A stretch of DNA of 64,000 nucleotides, taken from Candidatus Bathyarchaeota archaeon. GTDB taxonomy: Archaea; Thermoproteota; Bathyarchaeia; Bathyarchaeales; Bathycorpusculaceae. The position numbers were made by a program, and so were the translations under genes. A model generated the notes under the pieces. It saw only the letters and a program-made list of their open reading frames with translations. It was not told the origin of the DNA and made no database searches. Shown in pieces: positions 8,339-17,540 of the stretch (position 1 is its first letter; each line of letters starts with the position of its first letter). The stretch covers positions 64,001 through 128,000 of the forward strand of contig CAWABA010000004.1 in NCBI GenBank assembly GCA_963780185.1. The letters run 5' to 3'.

Positions 8339-8891
8339 CTTTGCAGTCAAGCAAATAATTGATGATTGTAATACACGAAGCCGCCAAATAAGGCTGTTTG
8401 CCTAAACTGATTTTTTCGCCAAACCTGAGGGCGAACCTTTCCACGTTTCTTGGCAACCCAACATGGTCACCAAGAACGAAAACGGCGTCGTCCGCAAGCT
8501 CGATGTCAGCAACGTTTTTTCCGCCCTCTTCCAAAACGTAGACACGATGAGTCTGGGCTTCAGATTTTAGCAAGGCTTCAAAACTTGTCTTGTCGACGCT
8601 GATGCCTGGGTGAGATTTGCCAGCGATAGTTTTTCTTAGGATTTGCTGCCATGTGTCAACGTCTGTTCGCACATCATAAAGTTGTTCTCCGTCGATTTTT
8701 ATGTGCAGCGGAGGATTCGGAGGGCCATTCAAAACGGCGTGGAAGAACACGTCTCTGCGTAAGCCGTGAGAAAGGAAAAGGCTGGTTACTATGCATTCGT
8801 ATGCGATGTCTAAGCGTCCTGCATCGTGGAGGTTGTGGAATGACGGGTCGGTTTTTCCTAAACGTGAGAACAGGATGAATTGTCTTGGCAA
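8322..8891 (-). CDS. trmY: tRNA (pseudouridine54-N1)-methyltransferase, SPOUT family
   Basis: AGRLD...LFLSHGLRRDV...FVLGDHVG...ISLG...CITIINYLLD. Confidence 0.9.
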   Translation of the reverse strand: MPRQFILFSRLGKTDPSFHNLHDAGRLDIAYECIVTSLFLSHGLRRDVFFHAVLNGPPNPPLHIKIDGEQLYDVRTDVDTWQQILRKTIAGKSHPGISVDKTSFEALLKSEAQTHRVYVLEEGGKNVADIELADDAVFVLGDHVGLPRNVERFALRFGEKISLGKQPYLAASCITIINYLLDCKAKSCS

Positions 8892-8966
8892 CGGGGTTCA
8901 CATTTTACTGCTGTGCAAACTTGCTTTAAAGCACTTCCCAAATAGCCTGCTTTTGACTTACAGATT

Positions 8967-9398
8967 TTAGACAATTACGTGCGTAAGGACAAGGATGTTG
9001 TTTACTACAACCGCGGCAAGGAACACAACGATAGTTAAGTAAGCCATCTTTAGCGTTTTCAAAGCAATTCTGAAAGAGTTGGAGCTGTGGTCAGAAGTCC
9101 GCATTAGCGTTTTTTGCGCCAGAACAAAAATCAAACCAACGGAAATTGTCACAACTAATTTTATAACCACAAAACCCGACAGATTAGTGCTAACTAACCC
9201 TGCAAGTACAGGATTCAATTCTCTTGTGCCGAAAAACACAGCGCCCACGACCGTGGTAAGGCAATCCATTGAGCCCATAAAAATCAGAAGCAAACAACTT
9301 GAAAAACTTTGGGGACTCTGCAAAACTTTTTCTCCTTTCCCATTCAGAAAACTAACGCTACAGTTGAGAGACGTACTCGAAAAGTCAAGGGTTGCCAA
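8967..9398 (-). CDS. DUF5658-like membrane protein
   Basis: MGSMDCLTT...G.RELNPV motif, 3 TM segments, VVVNN. Confidence 0.7.
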   Translation of the reverse strand: MATLDFSSTSLNCSVSFLNGKGEKVLQSPQSFSSCLLLIFMGSMDCLTTVVGAVFFGTRELNPVLAGLVSTNLSGFVVIKLVVTISVGLIFVLAQKTLMRTSDHSSNSFRIALKTLKMAYLTIVVFLAAVVVNNILVLTHVIV

Positions 9399-9550
9399 AA
9401 TCAGTGGTCTTCGGCTACAGACTTAGAATGCGTGTAGCTTTCAGCATAGTTATTGTTGAATGTGTTTTTATATGTTCACTGTTTCGAGTGATGCAATAGG
9501 GTGGTATGGGTAACTTGGAAACTTTGACAAGTTAAAGCCGTGCTACTTGT

Positions 9551-9949
9551 TTAGACTAGAACTCTCTTGATTATCGATGAGTGATTCACGGTTTTTTCCA
9601 TGAACACGCTGATTTTGTTGCCGCCGATCTTCATGAAAAGCACTTTCAGGGTTTTGCCTTCAACCAAAGCGCTTTCAATTTCGGAAACACTTAGCTGTTT
9701 CGCAATATCCAAGCAGGACTCGTACAGTTGATAGGACAGAAAGGCGTATTGGCTTATTTTGTCGCTTTCAGCTAAATCCAGCACAGCCGAAGTGTTGCCT
9801 CTCATGATGTAGCCTAATACACCGTTGAGTTTCCGTATTTCAGCCAAGCTCGCGCCTAAACTTGCGTAAGCGGGGTCTTCGCCGTCTACGGCTGTTATCG
9901 CAACCACGTTAGTCAACGCCGTTTCCGTTTGCCTGACGGTTGTGGTCAA
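9551..9949 (-). CDS. Roadblock/LC7 domain protein
   Basis: LAEIRKLNGVLGYIMR...IESALVEGKTLKVLFMKIGGNKISVFMEK. Confidence 0.7.
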   Translation of the reverse strand: MTTTVRQTETALTNVVAITAVDGEDPAYASLGASLAEIRKLNGVLGYIMRGNTSAVLDLAESDKISQYAFLSYQLYESCLDIAKQLSVSEIESALVEGKTLKVLFMKIGGNKISVFMEKTVNHSSIIKRVLV

Positions 9950-10770
9950 TTTTTCGCCTCCGACGACGTGGGGATAACGGGCTTAACCATCACCAGTTTG
10001 CCTTCGCCTGTGCGCAAAGTCTGAAGAATCCTTTCAGGAATCTGAATTACCCCCTTCGCCTTGCCATCTGCCTCGCGTATAGGCTTGAATTTACACATGA
10101 CTGATTTGCCCTCTAAGGTTTCAACGTTCACCAGCAAAATTTCCCTGTCACCGTAAAGGTCGCTCCACTTGGCTACGACGTCGGCGTCAACCCGCACCAT
10201 GTCCGAAGCAACCAGCAACCCCCCGATTTTCTCAACCATAAACTGGTTCACAGGCGGCTTAGGAAAAACCTCTTCGGGAGGTGAGGGCGACGTGTCTGTA
10301 AATTGATCCGTTAACGTAGGTTCTTCAGGCGGCTGAACGGTTTCTTCAACCTGTTTAACCCCAGACGCAGCAACGTCTGATGATGGGTTGTCGATGCTTG
10401 CGGGAGAAACTTGATCCAGAAGCCTGATGATGGTTGGCACGATAACGCAGGTTAACGCTTTAACCATTTTTTCATCTGCCGCCCGAGAAGAAACGGTTGC
10501 TAAGTAGCGGCTGTTGGTGGATGTTATGTCTAGTTGGCTGCTTACGCCTTGGATAGTTAGGTTTTCTACGCCGCCTATGGCTGCCGCTTGGTTGGCTATT
10601 TCGTCGTAGGCGTCTGCGAGTTTTTTTGCTTGGTCCTCGGCTACGTCGTCTTCGTTGGCAGCTAAGATTTGGCCGTCTTTTTTGAAAATTATGGCTTTGG
10701 TCAGTTCTGGGCTGATGTTTCGAAATTCGGCTAGAACTGTCTGCAGCGTGGTTGAGGAGGCTTGGGTCAC
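9946..10770 (-). CDS. Roadblock/LC7 domain + Pro/Thr/acidic linker + beta-barrel-like C-terminal domain
   Basis: LAEFRNISPELTKAIIFKKDGQILA...GVENLTIQG roadblock pattern; GTG10770 avoids overlap with the upstream gene. Confidence 0.65.
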   Translation of the reverse strand: MTQASSTTLQTVLAEFRNISPELTKAIIFKKDGQILAANEDDVAEDQAKKLADAYDEIANQAAAIGGVENLTIQGVSSQLDITSTNSRYLATVSSRAADEKMVKALTCVIVPTIIRLLDQVSPASIDNPSSDVAASGVKQVEETVQPPEEPTLTDQFTDTSPSPPEEVFPKPPVNQFMVEKIGGLLVASDMVRVDADVVAKWSDLYGDREILLVNVETLEGKSVMCKFKPIREADGKAKGVIQIPERILQTLRTGEGKLVMVKPVIPTSSEAKN

Positions 10771-10790
10771 CTTTGCTGCCTGCCTCTGGG

Positions 10791-11216
10791 TTATGTTATT
10801 TTGAATAGGATTCGCTCTGGGATGCCTTCGTCCTGCAACACGAGGTACCGTAGTCCTTCGGTGTCGCCGAGTTGATCCAGCCACTTTAATGCTTCCCGCA
10901 CTTTCTGCAGCACCAACAGCCGCTCCTGGTAGCTGCGCACGACCGCTTCTATGGCGGTTAACTCGTGGAATGCGTTGGCGTCAAGAACGATGTTTAGGGT
11001 GCCGACTGTGATTTCGCTTGGGTTCTCCGCGGTTGCTTTTTTGCCCGCCAGCTTCATCACGACTTCGCGAACCTTCTTTGACTTCTCAGCCAAAGTGCGA
11101 ATCTCATCCAAACGACGCAGGTACTCACCTAAGACACTTTTGGTCTCAGACAATTCCTTGTCGAGGGCATCCGCTATTGCCTGCGCTGAATTGTATTCTT
11201 GTATTTGAGTTACCAT
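10791..11216 (-). CDS. Coiled-coil hypothetical protein (helix-hairpin-helix)
   Basis: Two long amphipathic helices flank SEITVGTLNIVLD; GGAGGGT SD. Confidence 0.75.
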   Translation of the reverse strand: MVTQIQEYNSAQAIADALDKELSETKSVLGEYLRRLDEIRTLAEKSKKVREVVMKLAGKKATAENPSEITVGTLNIVLDANAFHELTAIEAVVRSYQERLLVLQKVREALKWLDQLGDTEGLRYLVLQDEGIPERILFKIT

Positions 11217-11313
11217 ACTTTTTTACCCTCCAAGAGGAAACGAAAGAGAAAAGGAAAAAGGTGGTGAAGCAAATTTCACCTTACCCCCAATTTTCAAACT
11301 AAAGCTTGCGCGC

Positions 11314-11800
11314 TTATGGACCAGTGTATGATGCTTGGGTTGTAAGTGTAGTTGCCTTTTGCAGTCATCAGTGAGATTGTGTACTGTGCACTGTTGCTAG
11401 CGAACGGAGTGTCGGTTGTACGTCGTGAGTGTCTACTGCAGCTGCTTTGACGTAATTGGCAACTTGATTAGGCCAAGCGTCATGCCAGTGCACTGGTAGC
11501 GCAGCCTATTATGCTGTTTTTCCATCGACAGTTACTAGAGTTTATCGTGACTGACGCTGAACCTGTGTTAATTGATAGAGCAATAACAGCTGACCATCCT
11601 CCGCCTTCAGTGTTGGCTAATACTACGTTTGTTATTTTTGCCTGCTCCGAATTACCCATGAAACCGATAGTTAATGCTCCCATCCATGCTGCTACGACAA
11701 CGCTGACTGCTACGGTGACGGCGATCAGTATGATTGTTGCGATTACGGGGCTTAGTGCTTTTGCGCTTTTCCTAAATTTCCTGAGTTTCTTGAAATTCAA
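11314..11800 (-). CDS. Archaeal type IV pilin/archaellin-N domain protein with several indels in the C-terminal half
   Basis: Class III signal KKLRKFRKSAKA|LSPVIATIILIAVTVAVSVVVAAW; fragments VTVDGKTA, QYTISLMTAKGN and TQASYTGP* fall in different frames. Confidence 0.8.
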
Positions 11801-11857
11801 TTTGTTTTTTACCCTCCTTTGGGTTTCTGAATATACGTTCCACGCACAATGCTAATA

Positions 11858-11883
11858 AATATTATGACTTAATACATAATATT
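11858..11883. promoter_or_regulatory. Palindromic operator upstream of the pilin gene
   Basis: AATATTATG-N8-CATAATATT, a perfect 9-bp inverted repeat in the promoter region. Confidence 0.55.
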
Positions 11884-12006
11884 ATAGATATGTTAAACAC
11901 AACTACAGCCAGCAACCAAAACCCTCATCTACAGCCGCATCTGTCTGACGATTTATTGTGTAAAAAAGATGAAGGGCGAGTACAAAAAAACTTTGTGAAT
12001 TTACAC

Positions 12007-12339
12007 TTAAGATTCAAGCTCGCCGAAAAATCCGAGAAGAAGCTTCGCAACTTTTTCGCCGAGTTCGGTTTTCAGGTAGTATTTTTTGAGCGGGTCGATT
12101 CGTTCGCTTTTGGCTAGGCCCAGCGATTCGATTTCGATCATTCTTGCCCTGAATGTGCCGTCGCTTAGTGTGAGTTTGTTTTTGCGCATGAAGTCTTTTG
12201 CTTCTTTCCATTTGCCTCGGCTTGCGTAGAGTAGTAGTAGGCAGTCGATGGCGTGGTCTTTTTCAAGCATGGTTTTGACTGCGGATAGTTTGGGGTCGGT
12301 TAGGATGTGTTTGATCTTCTCGTCCTCGTTTTTTGCCAT
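12007..12339 (-). CDS. Winged-helix transcriptional regulator (HxlR/MarR-like)
   Basis: LSDGTFRARMIEIESLGLA...YYLKTELGEKVA. Confidence 0.7.
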   Translation of the reverse strand: MAKNEDEKIKHILTDPKLSAVKTMLEKDHAIDCLLLLYASRGKWKEAKDFMRKNKLTLSDGTFRARMIEIESLGLAKSERIDPLKKYYLKTELGEKVAKLLLGFFGELES

Positions 12340-12701
12340 TTTTTTTTAACACCTTTCCTTTATTTGTTATTAAACCAAAAGTTAGCGTCTTACGCTTTTA
12401 AATCATATTGCGAATTGTGAAACATATCTGCAGACGCCTTCCTTCAGAAAACAAGTATAGAGCGTAACTTACTTATAAATTGTTACCAGACGTGTAAAAA
12501 ATGATTGAGGTTAAACATTCAGCTTTAAAATGGAATTGAAATCAATAAAGCTCTGATTTTTTTTGGAGATTGACGGTTGGTTTGGCTGTGCATTTCGGCA
12601 GGGTAAGCGATGTCGATGCCGATTTGGGAGGGGTGTGGTTTGGGAGGGTTAAACTTAACTAAGGACGCTTGCAAATCAATCGTTTAGGTGAGGTGTAATC
12701 C

Positions 12702-13295
12702 GTGGTTGCTGAGGTTGAGTATGAAGTTCCAACGTGGAGTCAAATCTACGGCATGCTGCTTAGCCAAGCCCGCAAAATCCGCGGTGACCACTACCTGCCG
12801 CAGGTCATCGTGGGTGTGGCGCGGGGCGGGTTGGTGCCTTCATGTGTCTTGGCGGATCTGCTGCAGACGCGTGAGCTGGCGGTAATCACCATTGAATCCT
12901 ACGTCGGCATCGCGCAGACCACGGCGCAGCCCATCCTAAAGCAGTGCCTCCAAACTGACTTGGCGGGCAGGAGGGTTTTGTTGGTTGATGACGTTTCCGA
13001 CAGCGGCAAAAGCTTGCAGCTTGCCAAAAAACACCTCCAAGACCTCGGCGCCCCCCAAATCAAGACCGCCACCCTCTACAGCAAACCCGGCACCGCAACA
13101 ACCCCTGACTATTTTGAGAGTCAGACAAGCCGCTGGATTGTTTTTCCATGGGAAGCTATGGAAACCTTGACGCGCCTAAGCTGCCGAGCAGAGGGCAAAC
13201 GGGCGATGGCTAAAGAAGTCTCCAACCTGGTGCGGTCAGGCTTCCCCAAGGCTTTGGCTGAGAAACTGCTCCAAGACGGCGGTGCCAACCCCTAA
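12702..13295 (+). CDS. Purine phosphoribosyltransferase (type I PRTase)
   Basis: IVGVARGG, VLLVDDVSDSGKS, WIVFPWE. Confidence 0.9.
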   Translation: MVAEVEYEVPTWSQIYGMLLSQARKIRGDHYLPQVIVGVARGGLVPSCVLADLLQTRELAVITIESYVGIAQTTAQPILKQCLQTDLAGRRVLLVDDVSDSGKSLQLAKKHLQDLGAPQIKTATLYSKPGTATTPDYFESQTSRWIVFPWEAMETLTRLSCRAEGKRAMAKEVSNLVRSGFPKALAEKLLQDGGANP

Positions 13296-13861
13296 TGCTG
13301 CATCAGATAGAAGAATTCGGCGTCTACTTGGAAATCGCCGGCTTTAGAGGCGTAAAATTCGGTGACACAGAAGCTTTCCTCAAAGAAAATCGAAAAAAAA
13401 GCCGCCTCGGTCTTGAGATGCAGTTTTTCGACGCAGACTTAATCGCCACCAGCAGACACCTCTACTTCGCCGTCCTAAACGCCCTGCAAGCCTTCCACGG
13501 CAAAACAAACATCTCCAAAAGCCTAGCCGTCGAAACCATGCTCTACGCCTCCGCTCAGAGGCAAATACAGCGGGCCATCCAACGATGCGGCATCAAACCT
13601 CAAACCCAAAACATGGCAGCCACCATAATCGGAGAAAAACCCGCAGAAATCCACGCCTTGCTCAGGGAAATCAGCCGCTGCGTCGGCGCGGAACCCGATG
13701 AAGGCGTTCTGGAAATGTCTGCGCTCAAGCTTGAACGAATCGAAGAAGCCTTCCAAATCAAAGCAGAAGAGGTTAACTCTGTGATGAACGGTGGCAGCTT
13801 GGACGCGGCGGTTGTCAGCCTCGTCGTGGAACGCGTAGCCCTCTTGTCGACGCAGCTCTAG
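13295..13861 (+). CDS. cgi121: KEOPS complex subunit Cgi121
   Basis: QFFDADLIA..HL..A..NAL...KSLAVETMLYASAQRQI..AI...GIK. Confidence 0.9.
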   Translation: MLHQIEEFGVYLEIAGFRGVKFGDTEAFLKENRKKSRLGLEMQFFDADLIATSRHLYFAVLNALQAFHGKTNISKSLAVETMLYASAQRQIQRAIQRCGIKPQTQNMAATIIGEKPAEIHALLREISRCVGAEPDEGVLEMSALKLERIEEAFQIKAEEVNSVMNGGSLDAAVVSLVVERVALLSTQL

Positions 13862-14389
13862 CTACATCATTTTTTCTTTCATGACCGATATGACGTCGCT
13901 GGGTTTTAGCAGCGCGATGCCTGTTAAGGCGCCAAGAACCTCGATTTGCAGGATACGGTCAGGATTATTCATATCTGCCCTGCGTTTAACGCCGTTGGCG
14001 GCTGCCTCCACGATTTCTTGCGTATGCAGTGCAGTGAAACGTTTCTCCACCGTAACCCGAAAAGACTCAGCTTCCCCGATTTTGGCAGCCAACTCCTGAG
14101 CTACCCGCCTAATCTCCTCCAAATCCGTGGGCACAACCCGCTCGATAGGCACAATGCGTAGGGCGTAGCGGAACTCATAGGGGCGCTCTTTGAGAATGGC
14201 ATGCAGTTTCTCGACGGCGACGAAGGGGTCCAGCGTGGTTTTAGCCACGATTAAGCCGCGGATTTTGGTTTTGCTTGTCTGCGGCTCTGGGTCGCCCAAC
14301 TGGTCTTTAAGCAGGTAGAGCAGCTCGTTGCACATTGGGCGTTCATTTCCCCGTGAAGTCGTCGCCACCAAATTAAAGTCACTAATCAT
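13862..14389 (-). CDS. THUMP domain RNA-binding protein
   Basis: RIVPIE...SFRVTVEKR...NPDRILQIEVLG. Confidence 0.88.
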   Translation of the reverse strand: MISDFNLVATTSRGNERPMCNELLYLLKDQLGDPEPQTSKTKIRGLIVAKTTLDPFVAVEKLHAILKERPYEFRYALRIVPIERVVPTDLEEIRRVAQELAAKIGEAESFRVTVEKRFTALHTQEIVEAAANGVKRRADMNNPDRILQIEVLGALTGIALLKPSDVISVMKEKMM

Positions 14390-14558
14390 AACAGTTCCCA
14401 GAAATGAAAATGCAGGCAGGTTATTTCTGCCTTTAGCTTAGCCGCAGAAATTTTGGCTTCACTGCGTCGTTTACTCGTCATTTTTGAAAAATGAGGAAAA
14501 TACCCCATGAATCATCGCCACAACATAATTCGCAGACCCGCTTGCCCTGATTATCGCC

Positions 14559-14748
14559 GGTTTTTATTTTTTCGTACCCAGCCTCCCTACGGTTTTCTAG
14601 AGGATCCAAATAGGGACATCTAGATGAGCCAAATAGACACAAAAACCACCCGCAGGGCACCTCGTCTATGTTTGAATGCAACGTCTACCCCCTCCGTCAA
14701 CTAGATGCACCAAATATGCTCCAACTATGAAACAACATACTTCAACAT
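14559..14748 (-). repeat. ~190-bp non-coding dispersed repeat, copy B
   Basis: Reverse complement of 7007-7194. Confidence 0.9.
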
Positions 14749-15078
14749 GGGAAAGGATGCGCAAAATTGTATGTTGAATTGTTGTTTTTAGCATGTAAAT
14801 CGCTGTTTTTTCATGGAAGAACCGATGAAAAAGGAAGTATGTTTCGCCTTTTTTGGGTCAGCGTTATTTGACGTTTTCTCACAGCGTAAGCTCGAAGCCG
14901 TCGCCTCACATCATCCCGCCATCAATGTGGGTCTGCGGAAATTTATTCATTTTGTTGCTGAAAAGCAACCGAGGAAAAACTGGTTTTCCCTTTGGCCTTG
15001 ACATTTCTTGCGGTGGTATGTGGGAGTTGGCTTTAATAATTTCTTTTCCCATTGCGAGGTATTCAAGAGGTCACTTAA

Positions 15079-15903
15079 ACGTTCGCAATTGGCCACTTTG
15101 CCTTGGGATACTTAGCTGGGAAGGGTTCTTCGAAGCTTGCCAAAGTCAAAGTGAACTTGCCCCTCCTGCTTGCAGCTTCAGTGCTCCCCGACGTAGACCT
15201 CCTGCTAAGGTTCCTAACGCACAGGGGACTAACACACTCACTAATCATCATAACCGCGCTGATGATTCCGTTTTTTGTGGTTTACCGAAAACAAGCCATA
15301 CCATACTACGCGGCGTTGCTATCCCACATTCTCATAGGCGACTTTTTCACTGGAGGAATCCAACTTTTTTGGCCTCTATCTCAAACAAAGTTCGGCATTC
15401 TAAACCTCAACGTGTCTAGCTGTGCCGACGTGACAGTGGAGCTTGCCCTGTTCTTGGTAACTTTACCCATTATGTATAAACTGGGCGATTTGCAGACTCT
15501 TCTAAAACCGCACAATAAGAACTGGGTTCTAGTAATTCCTTTTGTCGCAGTTCTAGGGCCTATGCTTTCCCTTGTTAAAAACTCGATGATAACGCCTCTG
15601 AGTCTTCTTTTTGTTCCAAGCTTGTTCTATCTGGGGCTGTTTGCTTTTTCCATCCTTGTTGATCTAAGAAGTACGCTCAATAAGACTGAGTGCAAGCTAG
15701 ATTCAGGCAACACTTCTCTAACAAGTTCTGCTAAGCTTCTCTGCAATGAAAACAGGAAAGATAAGCGTGCAAGCGTTGTTTCTACGTTAATTGGTTTACG
15801 AGTTCTTGGGCTCTTGTGTCGAGGTTTTCGGTTTGCCCAATTTTCACTACGACGGCATCGGACAGTTTACCGTTGGTTCCGAGTGCTGACACAGAGTTCT
15901 TAA
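15079..15903 (+). CDS. YdjM-like membrane metal-dependent hydrolase (probable ACG start at 15079; 3' end uncertain)
   Basis: (M)FAIGHFALGY...LPDVD...HRGLTHS...SHILIGD. Confidence 0.75.
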   Translation, partial: TFAIGHFALGYLAGKGSSKLAKVKVNLPLLLAASVLPDVDLLLRFLTHRGLTHSLIIITALMIPFFVVYRKQAIPYYAALLSHILIGDFFTGGIQLFWPLSQTKFGILNLNVSSCADVTVELALFLVTLPIMYKLGDLQTLLKPHNKNWVLVIPFVAVLGPMLSLVKNSMITPLSLLFVPSLFYLGLFAFSILVDLRSTLNKTECKLDSGNTSLTSSAKLLCNENRKDKRASVVSTLIGLRVLGLLCRGFRFAQFSLRRHRTVYRWFRVLTQSS

Positions 15904-16372
15904 GCATTGACACGTCGCTCGGGGTTGTTGCGCCTGACCCGCTTCCGAACACGCCAACTTTGGTGCCTTGGTCGGGTTTGAGGTTGTTTAGGCAGTCTTT
16001 GACGGAAGCGGTTAATGAGCCTGCGTAGGTTGGTCCGCCTACGACTATTATTGCGTAGCCTGAGGTGTGTGATGCGGCTGAGCTTTTTATGCCTGCCAAA
16101 GTGACAGTATAGCCTTTTGCCTGCAAATCACTTGCAATTTTGTCAGCGACGCCTTTTGCAGCTCCAGACAACCCAGGATCATAAAGAACCAGGGCTTTTC
16201 CCGTTGAAGCCCCCGTGGGAGTTAACGTTTTTGATCCAGTTGCCGTGTAGGCAGCCAAATCCAAGAAGATTAATGCGCCAAAGGCGGCTACCAAAATAAT
16301 TATGACAGCAAACACTGCCAAGATAATTTTGAATACTTTCCTCATTTTAATGCCCGCTTGCCTATTCCCCAT
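15782..16372 (-). CDS. Membrane-anchored flavodoxin-like protein
   Basis: N-terminal TM; KALVLYDPGLSGAAKGVA...IIVVGGPTYAG...VGVFGSG. Confidence 0.8.
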   Translation of the reverse strand: MGNRQAGIKMRKVFKIILAVFAVIIILVAAFGALIFLDLAAYTATGSKTLTPTGASTGKALVLYDPGLSGAAKGVADKIASDLQAKGYTVTLAGIKSSAASHTSGYAIIVVGGPTYAGSLTASVKDCLNNLKPDQGTKVGVFGSGSGATTPSDVSMLKNSVSALGTNGKLSDAVVVKIGQTENLDTRAQELVNQLT

Positions 16373-16558
16373 TGCGATATTTAAGAGTAATCCATTCTCA
16401 GTCGGACTTCGAGGAAAATTTTGTGGAAAAATTTGTGCACGAACATGTTTAGCCCTAAATTATCATGTGAGATTAACGACATTTGTCGAATCTAAATGTT
16501 TAAACTGACGCGAGAGTAGGGTAGATTGTACGGCGTTATTTGGAGGTGAAAAAGAGAT

Positions 16559-16627
16559 ATGATATTCGAAGAGGAAGATGAATGGGAAGAAGGCGAAGAC
16601 GAAGAATGGGAAGAAGAAGAATGGTAA
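16559..16627 (+). CDS. 22-aa acidic Trp-spaced micropeptide MIFEEEDEWEEGEDEEWEEEEW
   Basis: Perfect GGAGGTGA SD at 16542-16549; T-rich tract downstream. Confidence 0.65.
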   Translation: MIFEEEDEWEEGEDEEWEEEEW

Positions 16628-16782
16628 ACAGATCGTTAAACTCCAACTTTATTGTATTTTTCTTTTGAGCCAATTTTTGGTAGCGACTTGTTTTTGCTTG
16701 CGGGTGCCTCTGTTGCACGTAGTATGGGCATATTTGGATAAAGTTTAAAGGCATATACCCCCAGTATATACGATGAGAGTAT

Positions 16783-17040
16783 ATGCAAGAAACTTTAAAC
16801 CCGCCTGCACCTTCAAGCAGCCAAACGGTAATTACAGTAAAAATACCCGCAAAAATGAAAAAAGAAATGAAGAAAGCGGGTATTAACTGGAGTGAATACA
16901 TTCGGCAATGCATTCAAAAGAAAATCAATCAGCAGAAAATGAAAGAAGCATCCGATGAGCTCGATGAAATACGGAAAAGCACGAAGCCAACATCAACAGA
17001 AGAAATAGTAGCTTGGATTAGAGAAGACAGGGAGAGATAA
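16783..17040 (+). CDS. RHH antitoxin (VapB-like)
   Basis: VITVKIPAKMKKEMKKAGINWSEYIR...IVAWIREDRER. Confidence 0.85.
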   Translation: MQETLNPPAPSSSQTVITVKIPAKMKKEMKKAGINWSEYIRQCIQKKINQQKMKEASDELDEIRKSTKPTSTEEIVAWIREDRER

Positions 17041-17058
17041 AGTTCAACGCTGCTTTAC

Positions 17059-17478
17059 GTGCTAGATGCTAGCGTCGCAGTTAAATGGGTATTATCAGGC
17101 GAACCTTTAGAAGAAAACGCCACTAAGCTCAAGGCCGACCTAATGTCTGGAAATGCTGAACTATGTGCTCCTTCTTTCCTAATACAAGAAATAACAAATG
17201 CAATTTGGCGTGCTATTAAACTGAGAAGAATCACTCCTGAAAAAGCAGAAAGAGCCCTAATACGACTTGACGATTTAGCGATTACTTTTTATGATTTTAA
17301 CTGGAAAGACGCCTGTGAAGAATTGGTTATAGCGACAGAGCTAGACTTGACAATTTACGATGCCGCATATATTTTCCTTTCCAGAAAACTAAATGCCAAA
17401 CTAATTACGGCTGACGAAAAAATGTACCAAAAAGCAAAAAGCACTTTTCACGTACTTCACCTTAAAGATTACCTGTAA
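17059..17478 (+). CDS. vapC: PIN-domain VapC toxin
   Basis: VLDASVAVKW...QEITNA...TIYDAAY...ITAD. Confidence 0.9.
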   Translation: MLDASVAVKWVLSGEPLEENATKLKADLMSGNAELCAPSFLIQEITNAIWRAIKLRRITPEKAERALIRLDDLAITFYDFNWKDACEELVIATELDLTIYDAAYIFLSRKLNAKLITADEKMYQKAKSTFHVLHLKDYL

Positions 17479-17540
17479 AGCCTTATTTCTGGTTTTTAAA
17501 TTTATTACTTAGTTGTTACCTTGATAGTGAGAGTTTAGCC

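Noticed and set aside
7195-14558. Composite transposon between the inverted 190-bp repeats
   Set aside because: No transposase is present and the content is largely housekeeping (thiL, trmY, cgi121, THUMP)
14478-15419. ORFs 14478-14681, 14813-15001, 14853-15419 and 6859-7050
   Set aside because: They overlap the non-coding repeat, the tRNA or a better-supported gene and lack protein-like features
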